Assembly (NCBI GenBank): GCA_963667465.2
Contig: CAXXDN010000002.1
Coordinates: 864,001 to 928,000 of the forward strand
Length of the DNA: 64,000 nucleotides
Source of the DNA: Dehalococcoidia bacterium
GTDB taxonomy: Bacteria > Chloroflexota > Dehalococcoidia > UBA2979
Reading direction: 5' to 3'
Made by a program: the position numbers and the translations under genes. A model generated the notes under the pieces. That model worked only from the letters and a program-made list of their open reading frames with translations, searched no databases and was not told where the DNA came from. Positions 39,847 through 48,530 of this stretch are shown in pieces (within the stretch, counting starts at the first letter, position 1; every line of letters begins with the position of its first letter).

Positions 39847-41475
39847 ATGCACGAAGCGCTCCTCTCGTTGGGGCTCCTGATAGTGTTCGCCAAGCTGCTC
39901 GAGGGCATCTTCAAGCGCTTCGGCCTCAGTGCAATCATCGCCTACGCGACCAGTGGCGTGGTGCTCGGCCCCGTCACGGGGCTGGTGGAGGCGGGGGCCG
40001 AGGTCGAGCTCGTCCTGGGCATCGGGATCTTCATCTTCTTCTTCCTGATCGGCCTCGATGAGCTCGACGTCCGGGGCTTCCTCGCCGCGATCCGCGGTCG
40101 CCTCTTCCTCGCCTCGGTGCTGTCCGTGCTGATCTCGCTCGCCGTCTCGCTCGCGGTGACGACGGAGGCGTTCTTCGATGTGCAGCTGGGACTCGGCTTC
40201 AGTGAGGCGCTGGCGCTGGCCGGCGTGCTGTCGCTCTCCAGTCTCGGGGTGGTCGCGAAGGTGCTGATCGACGAGGGGCGGCTGAAGGATCCCGTCGCCG
40301 TTCAGATCTTCACTGCGGTGGTCATCGCCGAGCTGATCGCGTTGTTCGTCGTCGGGTTCGCGATCAGCGAACACGCGACAGCGGACCACGGACACGAACT
40401 GGGCTGGGCCTCCGCGGCCACCATCGTGGGGCAGGTGCTCGGGTTTGCCGTGGTCACCTGGGTGGTCTCCACGCGGGTGCTTCCGAGGGTGATCGTGCTC
40501 ATGCACCACGTCTTGCAGGTCCCGCAGCTCTCGTTCGGGTTGCTGCTCGGCGGGCTGTTCCTGGTCGTCGTGGGGGCCGAGCACGCGGGTCTCCACGGCT
40601 CGCTCGGAGCGCTGCTCTTCGGCGCAGCGCTCTCCACTCTGCCGTACCAGGTGCGTCGCGACATCATGCCCGGCATGCGAGGGACCGCGGAGGGGTTCTT
40701 CGTTCCGCTGTTCTTTGCATCGGCGGGGCTGCATCTGAGCCTCGACTTCACCCGGCTCGCTCCCGAGACCGTGATCGCGCTGGCGCTGGTGCCGCTGGCG
40801 GGGAAGTTCGCGGGAGCGTTCATCAGTTCCTACATCACCCGGCTCCAGGCGCCGTTCGCAACGGCAACCGGCCTGATGGCGAAGGGCGTGGCCGAGATCG
40901 CGCTGCTGATCCTGCTGTTCCAGTCCGGTGCGATCGACCGGGGCGTGTTCTCCCTGCTCGTGGTGGTGATGCTCGGCTACATCCTGCTCACGCCGCTCGG
41001 GATCAGCTTCGCGTTCAGGCGGCTCGGCGATCCTGGTCCCGACGTTCCCGAGGAGGGAATGCCGCCGTCCCTCGATCACTTCGCCCTCGACGGGCTCCGG
41101 GTGCGGGCGATCCTGGACAGGTCCCGCATGCATCCGGAGCAGGCGCTGACCGTGAAGGCGTTCGCCGCCACCTGGCTGCTGCCCGAGCAACATGACTACG
41201 TGGTCGTCGACGGGGACGAACTTGCGGGAATCGTCTCGCTCAGCCTGCTGCGCTACCTCCCGCGTGGCGAGTGGGAGCGGACTCCCCTCAAGCAGGTGCT
41301 CCGCCACGACACGCCATACGCCTACACCGACGAGCTTGTGGAAGATGCGCTGCAACGGATGGTGGAGCGCGCCCTCACCGTGCTCCCGGTCGCCGACCGC
41401 GAGACGGGCGCATTCGTCGGCTCCATCTCCAGCCACGAGGTGATCGAGCTGATCACCGTCTCTGCGCATGGATAG
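39847..41475 (+). CDS. Cation:proton antiporter (CPA2/Kef-like) with a C-terminal CBS pair
   Basis: About 12 TM segments, FFVPLFFASAG, MAKGVAE; CBS motifs VVDGDELAGIVS and LPVADRETGAFVGSIS. Confidence 0.87.
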   Translation: MHEALLSLGLLIVFAKLLEGIFKRFGLSAIIAYATSGVVLGPVTGLVEAGAEVELVLGIGIFIFFFLIGLDELDVRGFLAAIRGRLFLASVLSVLISLAVSLAVTTEAFFDVQLGLGFSEALALAGVLSLSSLGVVAKVLIDEGRLKDPVAVQIFTAVVIAELIALFVVGFAISEHATADHGHELGWASAATIVGQVLGFAVVTWVVSTRVLPRVIVLMHHVLQVPQLSFGLLLGGLFLVVVGAEHAGLHGSLGALLFGAALSTLPYQVRRDIMPGMRGTAEGFFVPLFFASAGLHLSLDFTRLAPETVIALALVPLAGKFAGAFISSYITRLQAPFATATGLMAKGVAEIALLILLFQSGAIDRGVFSLLVVVMLGYILLTPLGISFAFRRLGDPGPDVPEEGMPPSLDHFALDGLRVRAILDRSRMHPEQALTVKAFAATWLLPEQHDYVVVDGDELAGIVSLSLLRYLPRGEWERTPLKQVLRHDTPYAYTDELVEDALQRMVERALTVLPVADRETGAFVGSISSHEVIELITVSAHG

Positions 41476-41507
41476 CGGGCGCGCGCCCCGCGAGCGGTAC
41501 ACCCGCC

Positions 41508-42476
41508 TCAGTTGACCGTGTTGACCGGCTCACCCTCGACGAAGGCGCTGAGGTTGGCGACGGCGATGTCCATCAGCCGCTGCCGCGCCGCCCGCGCGTA
41601 CCAGGCGACGTGCGGCGTGATGATGCAGTTCGGAGCGCGCAGCAGCGGGTGATCCTCGGGCGGCGGCTCCGCTTCGAGCACGTCGAGGCCCGCACCGGCG
41701 ATCGTCCCCGCCTCGAGCGCCACGGCGAGGGCGGCGCTGTCCACCAGCGGGCCACGGCCGGTGTTGATCAACAGCGCCTCCGGCTTCATCAGCGCCAGCC
41801 GCCGCGCGTCGACGAGCCGCTCGGTGTCCGGCGTCAGTGGGCAGTGCAGGCTCAGTACGTCGGACCGCCGGAACAGATCGTCGATGCCGGTGAACTCCAC
41901 CTCGAGACCCTCGAGGCTCGCCGCATCCGGCCGGTGCGTGTTGCTGGCGAGGATCGCCATGCCCATCGCCGCGCCGATGCGTGCGACGGCGCGCCCGATC
42001 CGGCCCATGCCGACGATGCCGAGGTTGCGGCCGGAGAGCTCCATCATCGGCGCGACGGAGAAGCACCACTCGCCCTCGCCGCTCCAGGCGCCCTCGCGCA
42101 CGGCCTGGGCGTGCGGCGCGGTGCGCCGTGCGAGCTCGAGCATCAGCGCAGCCGCGTGCTGCGCGACCGAATCGGTGCCGTAGGCCGGCACGTTGGTCAC
42201 GACGATGCCCCGGCGTCCCGCCTCGGCCACGTCGACCACGTCGTAGCCGGTGGCGAGCACGCCGATGTAGGCGAGGTCGGGCAGCTGCCGGAGCGTCTCG
42301 GCGCGGAGCCGCGTCTTGTTGGTGAAGACGTAGCGGCAGCCCGCGGCGCGCTCCACGACCATGTCGGGCGGGGTGAGCTCGTGGACGGTCAGCTCGCCGA
42401 AGGCCGCGAGGCCGTCCCAGCTCAGGTCACCCGGATTGAGCTTGCTCCCGTCGAGGACCACGATCCTGTCGGCCAC
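41508..42476 (-). CDS. D-2-hydroxyacid dehydrogenase (glycerate dehydrogenase/HprA-like)
   Basis: IVVLDG..LNPGDLSW, LATGYDVVD, GMGRIG, SLHCPLT, INTGRG, ITPHVAW. Confidence 0.92.
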   Translation of the reverse strand: MADRIVVLDGSKLNPGDLSWDGLAAFGELTVHELTPPDMVVERAAGCRYVFTNKTRLRAETLRQLPDLAYIGVLATGYDVVDVAEAGRRGIVVTNVPAYGTDSVAQHAAALMLELARRTAPHAQAVREGAWSGEGEWCFSVAPMMELSGRNLGIVGMGRIGRAVARIGAAMGMAILASNTHRPDAASLEGLEVEFTGIDDLFRRSDVLSLHCPLTPDTERLVDARRLALMKPEALLINTGRGPLVDSAALAVALEAGTIAGAGLDVLEAEPPPEDHPLLRAPNCIITPHVAWYARAARQRLMDIAVANLSAFVEGEPVNTVN

Positions 42477-42535
42477 CTCGCAACTCCCGTCCTCCGTGCC
42501 TCGGCGCCGCTGTGCGATCGTAGCCGCGCGCGACG

Positions 42536-43732
42536 TTAGACGCGGAAGCGGCGCGCGACGCCGCTGCGGCGGTGCGCCAGCTGCTTGCGACGCCCGGCGG
42601 CGTCCATGCGCAGTGCGTCGTCCGGTAGCAACGCGTCGAGCTCGGCGAGCTTGACAAGGCGCGTCTCGGGGAAGGGCGGCTCGTCCGTTTCGCACTGCAT
42701 CCAGCGCAGACCGATGTGCCCCTCGTTCATGTGGCCCGTCGAGAGCCAGTTGGGGACGCCGGGATCCTCGTGCGAGACGACGACGCGCGCCGAGCCGTCG
42801 CGCTCGGTTGGCGACTGGCGGCAGTTCACGCCGGCCATGTGGTAGCGGTAGTCGATCGAGGTCATCCAGTAGTCGTTCAGCTCAAGCTCCCAGTAGTCGC
42901 AGACCGGAGGCGTGAACTCGATCAGCAGCGCCTCGCCGGGCTGCACCAGCCAGTACATGTGGTAGATGATCCCGCCCGGCGCGGCCCCCACCGCGCCCTG
43001 CGTCGCCGAGCTGCGGAAGGTGTTCGGTTGCTCGCGGTAGCGTTCCTGCCAGTGACGCCAGTAGCTCGCCGTTCCCCCGACCCAGTCCGCGGCCCCCGCG
43101 AGGCCTCCCGCGATCCGCTCCGGCGACATCGGCTCCGGGGGTCCGTGATCGCCGACCCGCTCGATCAGCACGCTGATCGGCTCCTCGGCGGCCCAGTCGC
43201 CGAAGAACTGGCGGACCGTGAGCCGGTCCACCTCCGGCACGGTGCGCAGCCAGTTCCCCGGGTGCTCGTCCGGGCCGACGATGATCTCGAAGCTGCCGTC
43301 CCACTCGGTTTGCAGATCCTTGCCCATGATCCGCCCGACCTCGGCGGACTCGCCCGGCGGCGTCGCCTCGGCCGGCCGGTAGGCGCCGAAGACGAGGTAG
43401 TGGACGCCCCCGCGGTTTCCGGTGATGCGGTACGTCTCGGAGCCGTCGATGAAGGTGCGCAGGTAGATACAGTCAGGGTTATCCCCGCCGTACTTGCGCA
43501 CGGGCGTCATCGGGCGAAAGAAGTCGGGGTAGAGCGGATCGGAGTGCTCGACGTTGATCTCGAGGCCAAGCGAGATGTTCTGCGTGAGGTACTGGAAGCC
43601 GCGCGCGCGATCGAGCGCCGTCGCCGGCGCGGGGTCGTCGAAGATGTACGAGCTCGCCGCCTTGAGGTCGTCGCAGAACTGCTCCCAGGCCTCCTTCAGC
43701 ATCGCGTCGTGCGGTGTGTCGCCGTAAGCCAT
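42536..43732 (-). CDS. DUF1214-type hypothetical protein
   Basis: KYGGDNPDCIY, YRITGNRG, DGSFEI, DPGVPNWLST, GLRW motifs resembling actinobacterial DUF1214 proteins. Confidence 0.7.
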   Translation of the reverse strand: MAYGDTPHDAMLKEAWEQFCDDLKAASSYIFDDPAPATALDRARGFQYLTQNISLGLEINVEHSDPLYPDFFRPMTPVRKYGGDNPDCIYLRTFIDGSETYRITGNRGGVHYLVFGAYRPAEATPPGESAEVGRIMGKDLQTEWDGSFEIIVGPDEHPGNWLRTVPEVDRLTVRQFFGDWAAEEPISVLIERVGDHGPPEPMSPERIAGGLAGAADWVGGTASYWRHWQERYREQPNTFRSSATQGAVGAAPGGIIYHMYWLVQPGEALLIEFTPPVCDYWELELNDYWMTSIDYRYHMAGVNCRQSPTERDGSARVVVSHEDPGVPNWLSTGHMNEGHIGLRWMQCETDEPPFPETRLVKLAELDALLPDDALRMDAAGRRKQLAHRRSGVARRFRV

Positions 43733-43838
43733 TGTGTACCCCCATCGCGCACCGCGAGCATAGCGAGGCGGGAGCGGCGAGGCTGACGGCAGCGGACAGC
43801 GCGACCTTCACGCGCGCGACGGGTAGACTCCGCCCTCG

Positions 43839-44621
43839 ATGGCACTTGAGGGCAAGGTCGCAGTCATTACCGGAGCAAGTCGGGGGATCGGCGCGGACAT
43901 CGCGCGCCACCTCGGCGGGCTCGGCGTGGCCGTCGCCGTCGCGGCGCGCAGCGAGCAGGAGCCCGACCCGCGCCTGCCCGGCACGATCCACTCCGTCGTC
44001 CGCGAGATCGAGGATACCGGCGGCCGCGCGCTCGCCGTCCGCACCAACGTGCGCTACATCGAGGACACGCAGGCGCTGGTGGAGGCGACCGTCGCTGAGT
44101 TTGGGCGCCTCGACATCCTCGTCAACAACGCCGGGATCACCTTCCAGGGGGATGTCGAGGAGATTCCGCTGGAGCGGCTGGAGCTGATCTGGCAGATCGA
44201 CCTGCGCGCGCCGATCGTGCTCTGCCGTCAGGCGATCCCGCACATGCGGGCGAGCGGCGGCGGACACATCATCAACGTCTCCTCGAACGCGGCGCGGCCG
44301 ATCGGGCCCGCCCCCTACGAACGCCCTCGAACCGGAAGCTTCATCTACTCCGCCTTCAAGGCCGGGCTGAACCGCTTCAACGAGCAACTGGCGCGCGACC
44401 TGCAGTACGACGGCTCGCGCATCTCCTGCAACGTGCTCTCGCCAATGGGCCGGCTGAAGACGCCCGGCAACCTCTACGCCGGCCGTGACCACGGCGATCC
44501 GCTGGAGTTCGAGGTGGCCGAGGCGATGGCCAAGGCGACGGCCTGGATCTGCGAGCAGCCGCCTGAGTTCAGCGGCCACGTCCTCTGGGACCAGAGCCTG
44601 TGCGAGGAGCAGGGGCTCTGA
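43839..44621 (+). CDS. SDR family oxidoreductase
   Basis: TGASRGIG, NNAG, YSAFK. Confidence 0.92.
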   Translation: MALEGKVAVITGASRGIGADIARHLGGLGVAVAVAARSEQEPDPRLPGTIHSVVREIEDTGGRALAVRTNVRYIEDTQALVEATVAEFGRLDILVNNAGITFQGDVEEIPLERLELIWQIDLRAPIVLCRQAIPHMRASGGGHIINVSSNAARPIGPAPYERPRTGSFIYSAFKAGLNRFNEQLARDLQYDGSRISCNVLSPMGRLKTPGNLYAGRDHGDPLEFEVAEAMAKATAWICEQPPEFSGHVLWDQSLCEEQGL

Positions 44622-44670
44622 GCGCGCCGCGTGATAGGCTCCGATCGGCGACCGGACGAGAGGCGCTGAC

Positions 44671-45849
44671 ATGACCTCCACCCACACGAACGGGCACGAA
44701 CACGAGGGCGAGATCGTCTCGGTCCCCGAGGCGATCGAGGAGTTCCGCAACGGCCGCCCCGTGATCATCGCTGACGACGAGGGCCGCGAGAATGAGGGCG
44801 ACCTCTGCATCCCCGCCGAGTTCATCAGCGCCGAGCTGATCGCCTTCATGGCGCGCGAGACGCGCGGGCTGATCTGCGTCGCCATGGCGGGCGAGCGCCT
44901 CGACGAGCTGGCAATCCCGCTGATGACCGGGCGCAATACCTCCCCGCTCGCCAAGGGCTTCACCGTCACCGTCGAGGCCCGCGACGGCGTCACCACCGGG
45001 GCCTCGGCGCAGGACAAGGCGCACACCATCCGCCTGCTGGTGGACCCCGCCACCATGCCGGAGCAGCTGACCCGGCCCGGGCACATCTTCCCGTTGCGCG
45101 CCCGCGAGGGCGGCGTGCTGGAGCGCGCGGGCCACACGGAGGCCTCGGTGGACCTCGCGCGGCTGGCCGGCTGCAGCCCGGCCGCCGTGATCTGCGAGAT
45201 GATGCGCAACGACGGGACGATGGCGCGGATGCCGGACCTCGTCGCCTTCGGCCGCAAGCACGGCTTCAAGATCGTCACCGTCAACGACCTGATCGCCCAC
45301 CGCCTGCGCACCGACTCGCTGATCGAGCGGGTCGCGTCAGCCGATCTGCCGAGTCGCTACGGCGACTTCAGCGCGGTCGCCTACCGCACGTTGATCGACA
45401 CGCGCGAGCACATCGCCTTCGTGACGGGCGACCTCGAAGGCGACGACCCGGTGCTGGTGCGCGTGCACGACCAGTGTGTCACCGGGGACGTCCTGCGCTC
45501 CATTGGCTGCGACTGCGGCCAGCAACTCCAGACGGCGATGCGGCTCGTCGGCGAGGAGGGGCGCGGCGTGATCGTCTACCTCTACCAGCAGGGCCGCGGA
45601 GTCGGCGTGCACCAGAAGGCAGGCAGCGGCGGCCAGCCGCCGGTCAGCGTCGCCGGCGTGACGGCCACCGAGGCGCTCGGCCTCCCGGACTACGGCATCG
45701 CCATGCAGATCCTCGTTGACCTCGGTGTGAGCAAGATGCGCCTGATCACGGACAACCCCGTGAAGCGCTCCGGCCTGGACGGCTACGGGCTGGAGATCGT
45801 CGAGTTCGTCCACTTCGACGGCACCGCCGGGAGCGTCGCGGCCTCGTAG
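44671..45849 (+). CDS. ribB: 3,4-dihydroxy-2-butanone-4-phosphate synthase fused to a degenerate GTP cyclohydrolase II (RibBA/RibBX-like)
   Basis: DDEGRENEGDL, RPGH, GHTE in the RibB half; the RibA half keeps C-x10-CDC but lacks other catalytic motifs. Confidence 0.85.
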   Translation: MTSTHTNGHEHEGEIVSVPEAIEEFRNGRPVIIADDEGRENEGDLCIPAEFISAELIAFMARETRGLICVAMAGERLDELAIPLMTGRNTSPLAKGFTVTVEARDGVTTGASAQDKAHTIRLLVDPATMPEQLTRPGHIFPLRAREGGVLERAGHTEASVDLARLAGCSPAAVICEMMRNDGTMARMPDLVAFGRKHGFKIVTVNDLIAHRLRTDSLIERVASADLPSRYGDFSAVAYRTLIDTREHIAFVTGDLEGDDPVLVRVHDQCVTGDVLRSIGCDCGQQLQTAMRLVGEEGRGVIVYLYQQGRGVGVHQKAGSGGQPPVSVAGVTATEALGLPDYGIAMQILVDLGVSKMRLITDNPVKRSGLDGYGLEIVEFVHFDGTAGSVAAS

Positions 45850-45869
45850 CCGCTCGCCCGCTTCCCCAT

Positions 45870-45931
45870 GCTCAGGACGTGCTGGCTCAGGACGTGCTGG
45901 CTCAGGACGTGCTGGCTCAGGACGTGCTGGC
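45870..45931. repeat. 15-bp tandem repeat GCTCAGGACGTGCTG x4 spanning the SDR stop codon
   Basis: Four perfect copies starting at 45870, 45885, 45900 and 45915. Confidence 0.95.
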
Positions 45932-46687
45932 GCCGCCGTCCACGGCGAGCACCTGGCCGGTGATGTGCCCCGCCAGGTCCGAGGCGAGGAAGACCGCCGC
46001 TCCGGCGATGTCCTCGGGCTGGGCGATACGACCCAGCGGGTTGCCTGCCGAACGGTCCCACGGGTCGCCGTGCATGTTGCGTGTCCGTCCGGCCGTGTCG
46101 ACGGCGCCCGGCGCGACCGAGTTGACGCGGATGCCGTGCTCGCCCCACTCGGCCGCGAGGGCGCGCGTCATGCCCATGATGCCCGCCTTCGAGGCCGCAT
46201 AGACGGCGGTCTGGTTGCCGCCCGAGCGCAGCCCGGCCACCGAGGACGTGCTCACGATGCTGCCGCCATGGCCCTCGGACAGCATCGTGCGAGCCGCCGC
46301 CTGACTGCCAAGGAACATCGACCTCAGATTCATCCGTACGATCGCGTCGAACCCGTTGGGGGACATGTCGATCGCGGGCAGTTGGAAGTTGCCGCCGGCG
46401 TTGTTGAACATCGAGTCGATCCGGCCGAAGTGCTCCTGCGCGGCCGCGACCAGCGCGATGATGTCCTCGTGCTTGCGCACGTCGGTGAGGAGCCAGAGCG
46501 CCTCGCCGCCGAGTCCCTCGATCTCCGCGGCGGTGCGCGGTCCGGTCTCCTCGTTGATCTCGCCGATCACCACGCGCGCCCCGGCATCCGCCATGCCGAG
46601 CGCGATCGCGCGGCCGACGCCCTGCCCGCCGCCGGTCACGACGGCGACACGGCCGTCCATGCTCATCCGCTCGCGTACGAAGGACAT
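45917..46687 (-). CDS. SDR family oxidoreductase
   Basis: TGGGQGVG, NNAGG, YAASK, VDGG; GGAG upstream of ATG 46687. Confidence 0.92.
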   Translation of the reverse strand: MSFVRERMSMDGRVAVVTGGGQGVGRAIALGMADAGARVVIGEINEETGPRTAAEIEGLGGEALWLLTDVRKHEDIIALVAAAQEHFGRIDSMFNNAGGNFQLPAIDMSPNGFDAIVRMNLRSMFLGSQAAARTMLSEGHGGSIVSTSSVAGLRSGGNQTAVYAASKAGIMGMTRALAAEWGEHGIRVNSVAPGAVDTAGRTRNMHGDPWDRSAGNPLGRIAQPEDIAGAAVFLASDLAGHITGQVLAVDGGASTS

Positions 46688-46722
46688 CGTGTTGCTCTCC
46701 TGCAGCGCTCGTGCCGGAACGC

Positions 46723-47913
46723 CTACTCGATCGGCGGCTTCGGGTCCGGCGAGCGGTCGTGGAAGTGCGGGATCACGGTCTCGCCCATCAGCTTGAGAGA
46801 CTGCAGGATCTTCTCCTGCGGCAGGTCCGGGCCGCCCATGACCATGCACATCATGCGGTCCAGGCCGATGCCCTCGTAGGCCTCGAGCTTGCGGATCACC
46901 TCGTCCGGCGTGCCGACGACGATCTGGTTCTCGGCGTTCATCGCCTCGTAGAACTCGAGGCGGGAGACAGGCACGTCGTCGAGGAGCTTGAGCATGACCT
47001 GGCGGCCCGGTGAGTCGCCAGACTTCTCGATCGCCTCGATCTGCGCGGCGCGGTCGCGGGCGAAGTGGTAGCCAGCCTCACCTTCGCGCACGGGGATCGA
47101 GCCATAGAGCGCGTAAACCTTGCTCATGTACCAGGCCGCGGCCTCCGAGGCGCCGTCGTTGATCGCCTCGTCGAGCGTGGGCGCGCAGTAGACGAAGGTG
47201 AACGCGCCGGCCTGGTTGTTGACCAGGTCCGGGGAGACCGGGTTCTGCACCTGCTGCGCCTCGCGGTAGATCTTGAGCGTGTTCTCGAGCTCCGAGAATG
47301 GGCGAAGCAGGGTGAGGCTGAGCACGCCGACGCCGAGGTTTCCGGCCATTCGCAGCGACTCGTCGCTGCCGGCGGCGATCCACATCCGCGGGTGCGGCTT
47401 CTGCAGCATCCGGGGCACCATCGTAATCGGAGCGATCTGGAAGTACTCGCCGTCGTACTGGAAGCTGTCCTGCGTCCAGATCTGTGGCATCAGGTGCAGG
47501 ACCTCGTCGAGTACCGGCCGCGTCTCGTCGCCGTCGATGTGGAAGATTGCCCACTCGCGCGGCGTCGATCGCCCGAACCCCATCTCGAGGCGCCCGCCGC
47601 TCAGGTTGTCGAGCACGGAGGCGCGCTCGGCGACGCGCACGGGGTGGTTGAAGAGCGGGTGCGTGAGCACGACGGAGTGGCCGACGCGCAGCTGCTTCGT
47701 GCGCATCGCGACGGCGGTCAGGAACTGCTCCGGCGCGGGCATGTGCGTGACCTCGACGGAGCCGTGGTGCTCCACCGACCAGAACACGTCGAAGCCCGCC
47801 CCGTCGGCGACCTCGGCCTGCTCAAGGATCTCCTCGAACAGCTGGCGGTCCGCCCCGTGCGGGATCGGATAGCCGGCGCCCTGACAGAACTCGTAGAACA
47901 GATCGAGCCGCAC
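46723..47913 (-). CDS. LLM-class flavin-dependent oxidoreductase
   Basis: FWSVEHH, HPVRVAERASVLDNLSGGRLEMGFGR, KPHPRMW. Confidence 0.92.
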   Translation of the reverse strand: MRLDLFYEFCQGAGYPIPHGADRQLFEEILEQAEVADGAGFDVFWSVEHHGSVEVTHMPAPEQFLTAVAMRTKQLRVGHSVVLTHPLFNHPVRVAERASVLDNLSGGRLEMGFGRSTPREWAIFHIDGDETRPVLDEVLHLMPQIWTQDSFQYDGEYFQIAPITMVPRMLQKPHPRMWIAAGSDESLRMAGNLGVGVLSLTLLRPFSELENTLKIYREAQQVQNPVSPDLVNNQAGAFTFVYCAPTLDEAINDGASEAAAWYMSKVYALYGSIPVREGEAGYHFARDRAAQIEAIEKSGDSPGRQVMLKLLDDVPVSRLEFYEAMNAENQIVVGTPDEVIRKLEAYEGIGLDRMMCMVMGGPDLPQEKILQSLKLMGETVIPHFHDRSPDPKPPIE

Positions 47914-48011
47914 GATGTCCTCCTCCGCCCCTCCGGCGGAGGGGTCATGCCCGCGCCACTATACGCGCGGCCCCACGTACTCGCGCCCGCCGGACGGGCG
48001 CGTTGCGGCGC

Positions 48012-48530
48012 TCAGTCGACCAGCGCCGCAATCAGTTGATCGAGCGCCTCGTCCGCCTTCGCGCGCATCTCCGCGTCGTTCGCATCCTGGATGGGGTGCG
48101 GGACGAAGACACGCGAGAGATCCGGAAGGCCGAGCGACTGCGCCTGTGCTTCCGCGGCATTGACGAACTCCGTCGAGGCGATCATCACCGAGGGCTTGCC
48201 CTGAATCTCGAACCAGACCGTGTCGTGCACACTGCACGTCGTACACGACCCTCAGTCGGCAAGTCCTTCGATGACGAAGTCCACCTCCCCGGCCATCTTG
48301 CGCAACAGCTCGTCCGGGGCCGGCTTCGTGAAGGTCGGCTTCATGTAGCGCCGCACCTGCACTTCCGGCAGCCGCTCGTGGATCAGCTCCTCGAGGCGGT
48401 CCAGCAGGACGTTGCCCCGAGGCTTGCTGATGTCGAGCAGGCCGACAGTGCCGGAGATCTGCTCCGGGCGTCGCGAGCGCTGCCGTCCTACGGGCTCACG
48501 CTCGTCCGTGGGGTCCAGAATCGTCGTCAT
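48012..48530 (-). CDS. UGSC-family selenoprotein (172 aa, Sec at codon 93, TGA at 48252-48254)
   Basis: Track ORFs 48252-48854 and 48012-48230 are in the same frame; readthrough gives EGLAD-U-GSCTTCSVHD; hairpin immediately after UGA; ATGA coupling to the upstream gene. Confidence 0.88.
48222..48249 (-). promoter_or_regulatory. Putative bacterial SECIS hairpin
   Basis: mRNA GUCGUGUAC-GACGUGCAGU-GUGCACGAC, 9-bp stem starting 2 nt after UGA. Confidence 0.65.

Noticed and set aside
45870-45931. Possible CRISPR array
   Set aside because: 15-bp head-to-tail units without spacers, and no cas genes; a simple tandem repeat.
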